Positions 9,217-13,235 of a stretch of DNA of 13,235 nt are shown in pieces (position 1 is the stretch's first letter; every line of letters begins with the position of its first letter). The notes under the pieces were generated by a model that did no database searches, was not told where the DNA came from, and saw only the letters and a list, made by a program, of their open reading frames with translations. The translations under genes and the position numbers were made by a program. Source of the stretch: a bacterium (lineage in GTDB: Bacteria; SAR324; NAC60-12). Location: assembly GCA_965233585.1 (NCBI GenBank), contig CBDDTI010000716.1, positions 1-13,235 of the forward strand, written 5' to 3'.

Positions 9217-10877
9217 TCCTGCCTGGGTGTCTATTATCATAGTGCTTACGAACTGACGAGGTCTTGCTTCTATGTCCATCGACACGTACGAACAGATGAC
9301 CACGGGTGTATCCGACATAACCAGCATCGCACTGGTCACACTTGAAATTATAAACAACACATTGTTGATCAATGAGCTGAGGCTTTGGTTCGTTTGTCGG
9401 GAACTCATGGGCCATCTTGCGGCTCGTAAACACTGGTTGGACATTAACCTGGAGCTTCACACTGGGATCTTTTAACTGCGTCTTCACGATATTAGCAGAA
9501 ACTTGATCTTTAAAGGGTATGACGACCCGAATAGTGTTTTCTGTCGTAGATTTAGACTGTAATAAGGACTGATCAGTGACCTTGAAATTAGGAAGGTTTT
9601 TACAGTAGAGTCCACAAGGTGTTTGGGATACTTCAGTTTAGAGAACTTGATGGCGGGTTGGGCGTGGTTGAGGGTGTTGAGAAAGTCCTTAGCAGTAGAT
9701 AGATCAGGCATCACAGTAAATGTGTCGTCGACATATCGACGATAATAAGGTGGCAGTTTACCCTCAACATCTAGTTTCTCTTCAATAGATGACATGAAAA
9801 CGTTGGCCAGCAGGGGTCCGAGTGGGGACCCCATCGCTACGCCGTCAACCTGTTCGTACAACGAGCCATTAAATTGGAAAAGCTGGCCCTTGGTGGCCAC
9901 ACTCAAAAGATCAATTAGGTCCTGCTTCGAAATGTTCAAATCGTACTCGGAATTAAACCAGTTGTTACTAAAAGCTCTGTCCGCGAGAATCTTAATGGTC
10001 TCATCCAAAGGTACATTCGTGAACAACGAGGACACATCATAGGACACGAGTAAATCACCAGGTGTTATATTGAGGTCTCGTGGTAGTTCATTCACAAAGT
10101 CGAAAATGTCCGTGACTGTGTGCTGATTTACAGACAACGGTTTGAGCTTGCTGTCAAGCCATTTCGCCAGAGCATAATTATACGTATTAGTTGCTGATAG
10201 GATTGGTCGCATGGCTAATTTCTCTTTGTGCGTTTTCGGTAAGCCATACAAGTGTGCCAACCTAGAACCAGTCGGACAAAGGGACTGGGCCACAGCATGG
10301 GGTAGGATCCTAGTGATGGTAGATTTCACAAGAACCTCTTTTGCCAAAAGAGGATGATAGTGCTTAGGTGGTCTGCCACGGGTTTTGGGTCGTTCTGAGG
10401 AGACGGGACGAAATTTACTGGTGTCATTGACAGAAGCTTCGGACAGTAGATGTATATATTCCGATTTATCCATAACAACGACGCCTGAGCCTTTGTCCGG
10501 TTTTGTTATGACAATATCATCACGGCGCTTTAGTTGTTTAATGGCTGTCAAAAGCTGTTTAGGAGGACTCGGACCTTTACGGTTGATGTAATTGAGAGCT
10601 ATAGATCTTAATGTGGCGGCAGCCAGTTCCTTAGAGTTCTCACTGTTAAGGTGTCTTTCCAAATTCCAGTAGGCCTTCTCAAAGCTCGCCTTAATCTCAA
10701 TGTTTGAGATACGCTGGGGAATGGCGAACTTTAAGCCTCGACAGAGAACCAATTTCTGAAAGAAACTGAGTTCATGCGAAGAGATGTTGGAGATATGCTC
10801 GTCGACATCGACTTCCATGTTTAGCAACCTCGAGATCTTACGAGTATGCACAGACATGACTTCATGGTTATAGTCCT
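9068..10877 (-). pseudogene. PLE RT / GIY-YIG polyprotein, 5'-truncated, with internal deletion and frameshift
   Basis: KPDKGSGVVVMD, LYGLPKTHK, YDVSSLFTNVP, QVDGVAMGSPLGPLLAN, YVDD. The sequence jumps from AIKF to SKLKYP at ~9643 (late RT/thumb region missing); frameshift at ~9588. GIY-YIG: VVYNFKCDQCDAGYVGYT...NEMLLIKQLRPCLN. Confidence 0.92.
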
Positions 10878-11164
10878 TTCCGGATGACCTTCACAGTTGT
10901 TTTAAGGTGTTGAAAAAATGCCAGAACAAGTTTGATTGTCTCGTTAATGAGATGTTACTCATTAAACAATTACGACCGTGCCTAAATGTACAATCAGACT
11001 CAATTCGCGCCAAGGTCTTTGTTTAACTTATGCAAATTAATGACGCTAGACTCTTAGTTACTCTTGTAATCGCATTTTTAATTTACTTTCCCTTGACAAT
11101 GGCGTCAAGATGTCGCCGAAACGTCGGACTTTTCTATCGTTAGTTTTCGCCTGTATATGTATAT
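10878..11164 (+). repeat. Inverted copy of the PLE 3' end (right pseudo-LTR arm), 287 bp
   Basis: Matches the reverse complement of 8945-9216 and includes the last GIY-YIG codons and the HHR. Confidence 0.93.
11091..11127 (+). ncRNA. Minimal hammerhead ribozyme, U3-A8 core variant
   Basis: cc-UUGACAA-u-ggcgucaagaugucgcc-GAAA-cg-UC-gg; stem II ggcg/cgcc, ACGU palindromic stem III, only a 2-bp stem I. Confidence 0.72.
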
Positions 11165-11179
11165 CTAAATCATTATTGA

Positions 11180-11216
11180 TTATTTGTTTACGATACCTTA
11201 AATAAAGTATGTATGT
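11180..11216 (+). mobile_element. Distal 3' end of the CR1-group LINE (AATAAA plus short GTAT repeat tail)
   Basis: Resumes at the TSD; AATAAA at 11201-11206 followed by GTATGTATGT. Confidence 0.7.
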
Positions 11217-11268
11217 TTGGTCCTGACAGTTTCTCAACGTTGCAAATAAAAGGACATGTTTTGAATCG

Positions 11269-11280
11269 TGCGCATGCGCA
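11269..11280. promoter_or_regulatory. Perfect NRF1-type palindrome TGCGCATGCGCA
   Basis: Exact 12-bp consensus match in an unassigned spacer; function unproven. Confidence 0.3.
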
Positions 11281-11409
11281 TTTAAAAGTTCCGGCCTGAT
11301 TACTCGTTTGGAATGCACTTCTGACTAAAAAGTTACCTATGTTTTTGTCGCGTTTGAATGAAATTAGTGGAGGTTGCGAAAAATTCTACCAGTATCGGGA
11401 TCATTTTGA

Positions 11410-13235
11410 AGTAATAATAATAGCCTCAATCAACAGGCCAACAACACTAATGCTAGTAATAATGACGTATCATCTAAGTTTACACATAACGCCTGCAACT
11501 CTACTGTCACACACAAGCGCTCTCGCCGCAAAACTGAACCTGCCAACATTCAACTAGATCATTCTTCGATCATTAATCTTTCCAGTTCCTCTTTATCTAC
11601 CGACGAGATATCTGTCCTTGCACGTGGACTTACATTCTGCCCTACACCACGACATATCAACTGGTCGGAAGTTTCAGCCGACATCTATGATTTTTCACGA
11701 CGCATGTGACTAGCCGTGTATTTTTTTGACGAAAACAGCTATAGAGTACCGAAGTGTGACGTCACAAAAAAATAAATTTGTGAAATTATGGGATTTGGTG
11801 CCATTTTCAAGTAAAGCGTCCTTAGAAAAGGGTCCTTGCCAAAAATTACCTCGTAATAGTAATTCCCAGCCGAAATATAAAGGATGAAAGTTTGAAACTG
11901 CCCCATATAAATCTCTCTAATTTTTGAGCTGGTTCCAAACTGAAGGAACCAGAACAAATTTTGAAGGGTTTGTATGGGATGCTATCAAACTTTGATCCCT
12001 TATATCTCCATCGGGAATTGCAATTCAGAGCTAATTTTTGGTATGAGGGCATCACTCAGGATCCTCTATAAGAATATGACATCATATCCCATAATTTCAA
12101 AAAAATCATTTTTGTGACGTCATCATTTCGGCACTCTATACCCCCACAGACAACGAACATGACACTCCTTTCCATAACAAAAGTACTTAGAACCCCCCCA
12201 ACGACAGGGAACGAGCTCTTAACACCTTTTTAGACGCTGTTAAACTTGACATAACCACGGGTAAACCTAAAACTATTCACGATAACCTTACTGCTACAGA
12301 TCGACAGGCTATACGCCAACTTAAACAACGACAAGATATAATTATAAAACCTGCTGACAAAGGTTCTGGTCCTGTTGTTATGGACAAAACTTGGTACATC
12401 GATGAATGTAACAGACAACTTGCTGACACCAAATTCTACCGACTCCTCAACGAAGACATTACTGCTGACACACAAAAACGTGTCACCTTTTACGTTGACA
12501 GAATGCATAACGACAAACTCATCAACGACAAAACCAGACAATACCTTAAACAATCTGACGTTAAACCAGGACGATTTTACATACTACCAAAAGTACATAA
12601 GCCGGGTAATCCAGGACGCCCTATTGTTTCATCTAATAGCCATCCCACTGAACACCTGTCTCACTTCGTCGACTACCACCTTCAACCTTTAGTCCATAAA
12701 CTGCTGTCCTTTGTCAAGGACACTAATAAACGACTTCCTTAACAGACTCCTTACCACTGGTAATTTGCCCGCTAATTCCTTCCTTGTTACACTTGATGTT
12801 TCATCATTATATACTAATATCCCACATAATGAAGGTATTAATGCTTGTGATCATTTTTTACGTACTTCCTCACATAATACTATTCCTACTGGCACACTCT
12901 GTGACCTCATTCGCATGATTCTCACCATGAATAATTTTTCTTTTAATGATAGCCACTATCATCAAATTCACGGCACTGCCATGGGCACTAAAATGGCTCC
13001 CTCTTATGCTAACCTTTTTCTGGGTTATTTCGAAGCCAACGCTTTGGAAAATGCCCCATTCAAACCTCACACTTGGCTACGATATATCGATGATATTTTT
13101 ATGATCTGGACCGAAGGCCTGGATAATTTAAAATTTTCATCGATTATCTTAACAACATCCACTCCACCATTAAATTCACCAGTTCACACTCTTTTACTAA
13201 CATACCTTTCCTTGACGTAAGTGTCTCTCTGACTG
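11410..13235 (+). pseudogene. Neptune-like PLE RT ORF, decayed, interrupted by a MITE, continues beyond the window
   Basis: IINLSSSSLSTDEISVLARGLTFCPTP, KPADKGSG, FYILPKVHKPGNPGRPIVS, LDVSSLYTNIP, QIHGTAMGTKMAPSYANLF, RYIDD, IPFLDV. Stops at 11707-11709 and 12188-12190; frameshifts at ~12726 and ~13132. Confidence 0.92.
11744..12136. mobile_element. MITE, 393 bp, GAG..CTC termini with TATA TSD (Sola-like)
   Basis: ~65-bp imperfect TIRs (11744-11808, 12072-12136). TATA at 11740-11743 and 12137-12140; keeping one TATA restores the host PLE frame (DENSYTPTDNEH). Confidence 0.88.

Larger units (their letters stand above)
8945..11179 (-). mobile_element. Poseidon/Penelope-like PLE, 5'-truncated, with inverted pseudo-LTRs and a 12-bp TSD
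   Basis: TTATTTGTTTAC at 8933-8944 and 11180-11191; inverted repeats 8945-9216 / 10878-11164; 15-bp extension 11165-11179; RT + GIY-YIG coding on the - strand. Confidence 0.92.

Noticed and set aside
11707..11709. In-frame TGA as selenocysteine
   Set aside because: The context RRM*L suggests Arg CGA to TGA by CpG decay, in an ORF with other lesions.
9181..13070. Short alternative-frame or antisense ORFs (9181, 9272, 9794, 10385, 11058, 11339, 11739, 11846, 12230, 12375, 12870)
   Set aside because: They overlap PLE coding sequence, pseudo-LTR or MITE DNA and have no independent coding signal.
7730..13235. 7730-8330 as the inverted pseudo-LTR of the PLE starting at 11410
   Set aside because: The geometry fits, but no shared sequence is visible in the window and unrelated DNA intervenes. 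It needs the downstream 3' end to test.

Overview
This is eukaryotic, AT-rich genomic DNA made almost entirely of nested transposable elements, with no host gene, tRNA, rRNA or CRISPR array. The element repertoire suggests a marine invertebrate, probably a stony coral (inference). Left to right: (1) a near-intact Naiad-like Penelope-like element (PLE, - strand, 70-2629) in a (TA)n tract, with identical 63-bp terminal direct repeats, one frameshift and a minimal hammerhead ribozyme (HHR). (2) A decayed L1/Tx1-type LINE ORF2 (2712-7729), split by (3) a ~4.0-kb DNA transposon (3346-7341) with a 5-bp TSD, asymmetric ends, inverted heptamer arrays, an IS3/IS481-type DDE pseudogene and internal MITEs. 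(4) The 3' end of a Neptune-like PLE (GIY-YIG plus HHR). (5) The 3' end of a CR1-group LINE, whose 3' UTR is split by (6) a Poseidon/Penelope-like PLE with inverted pseudo-LTRs, a 15-bp tail, a 12-bp TSD and a U3-A8 variant HHR. (7) A second Neptune-like PLE that runs off the right edge and is interrupted by a GAG..CTC/TATA MITE. Clade names come from motif recognition, not database searches.
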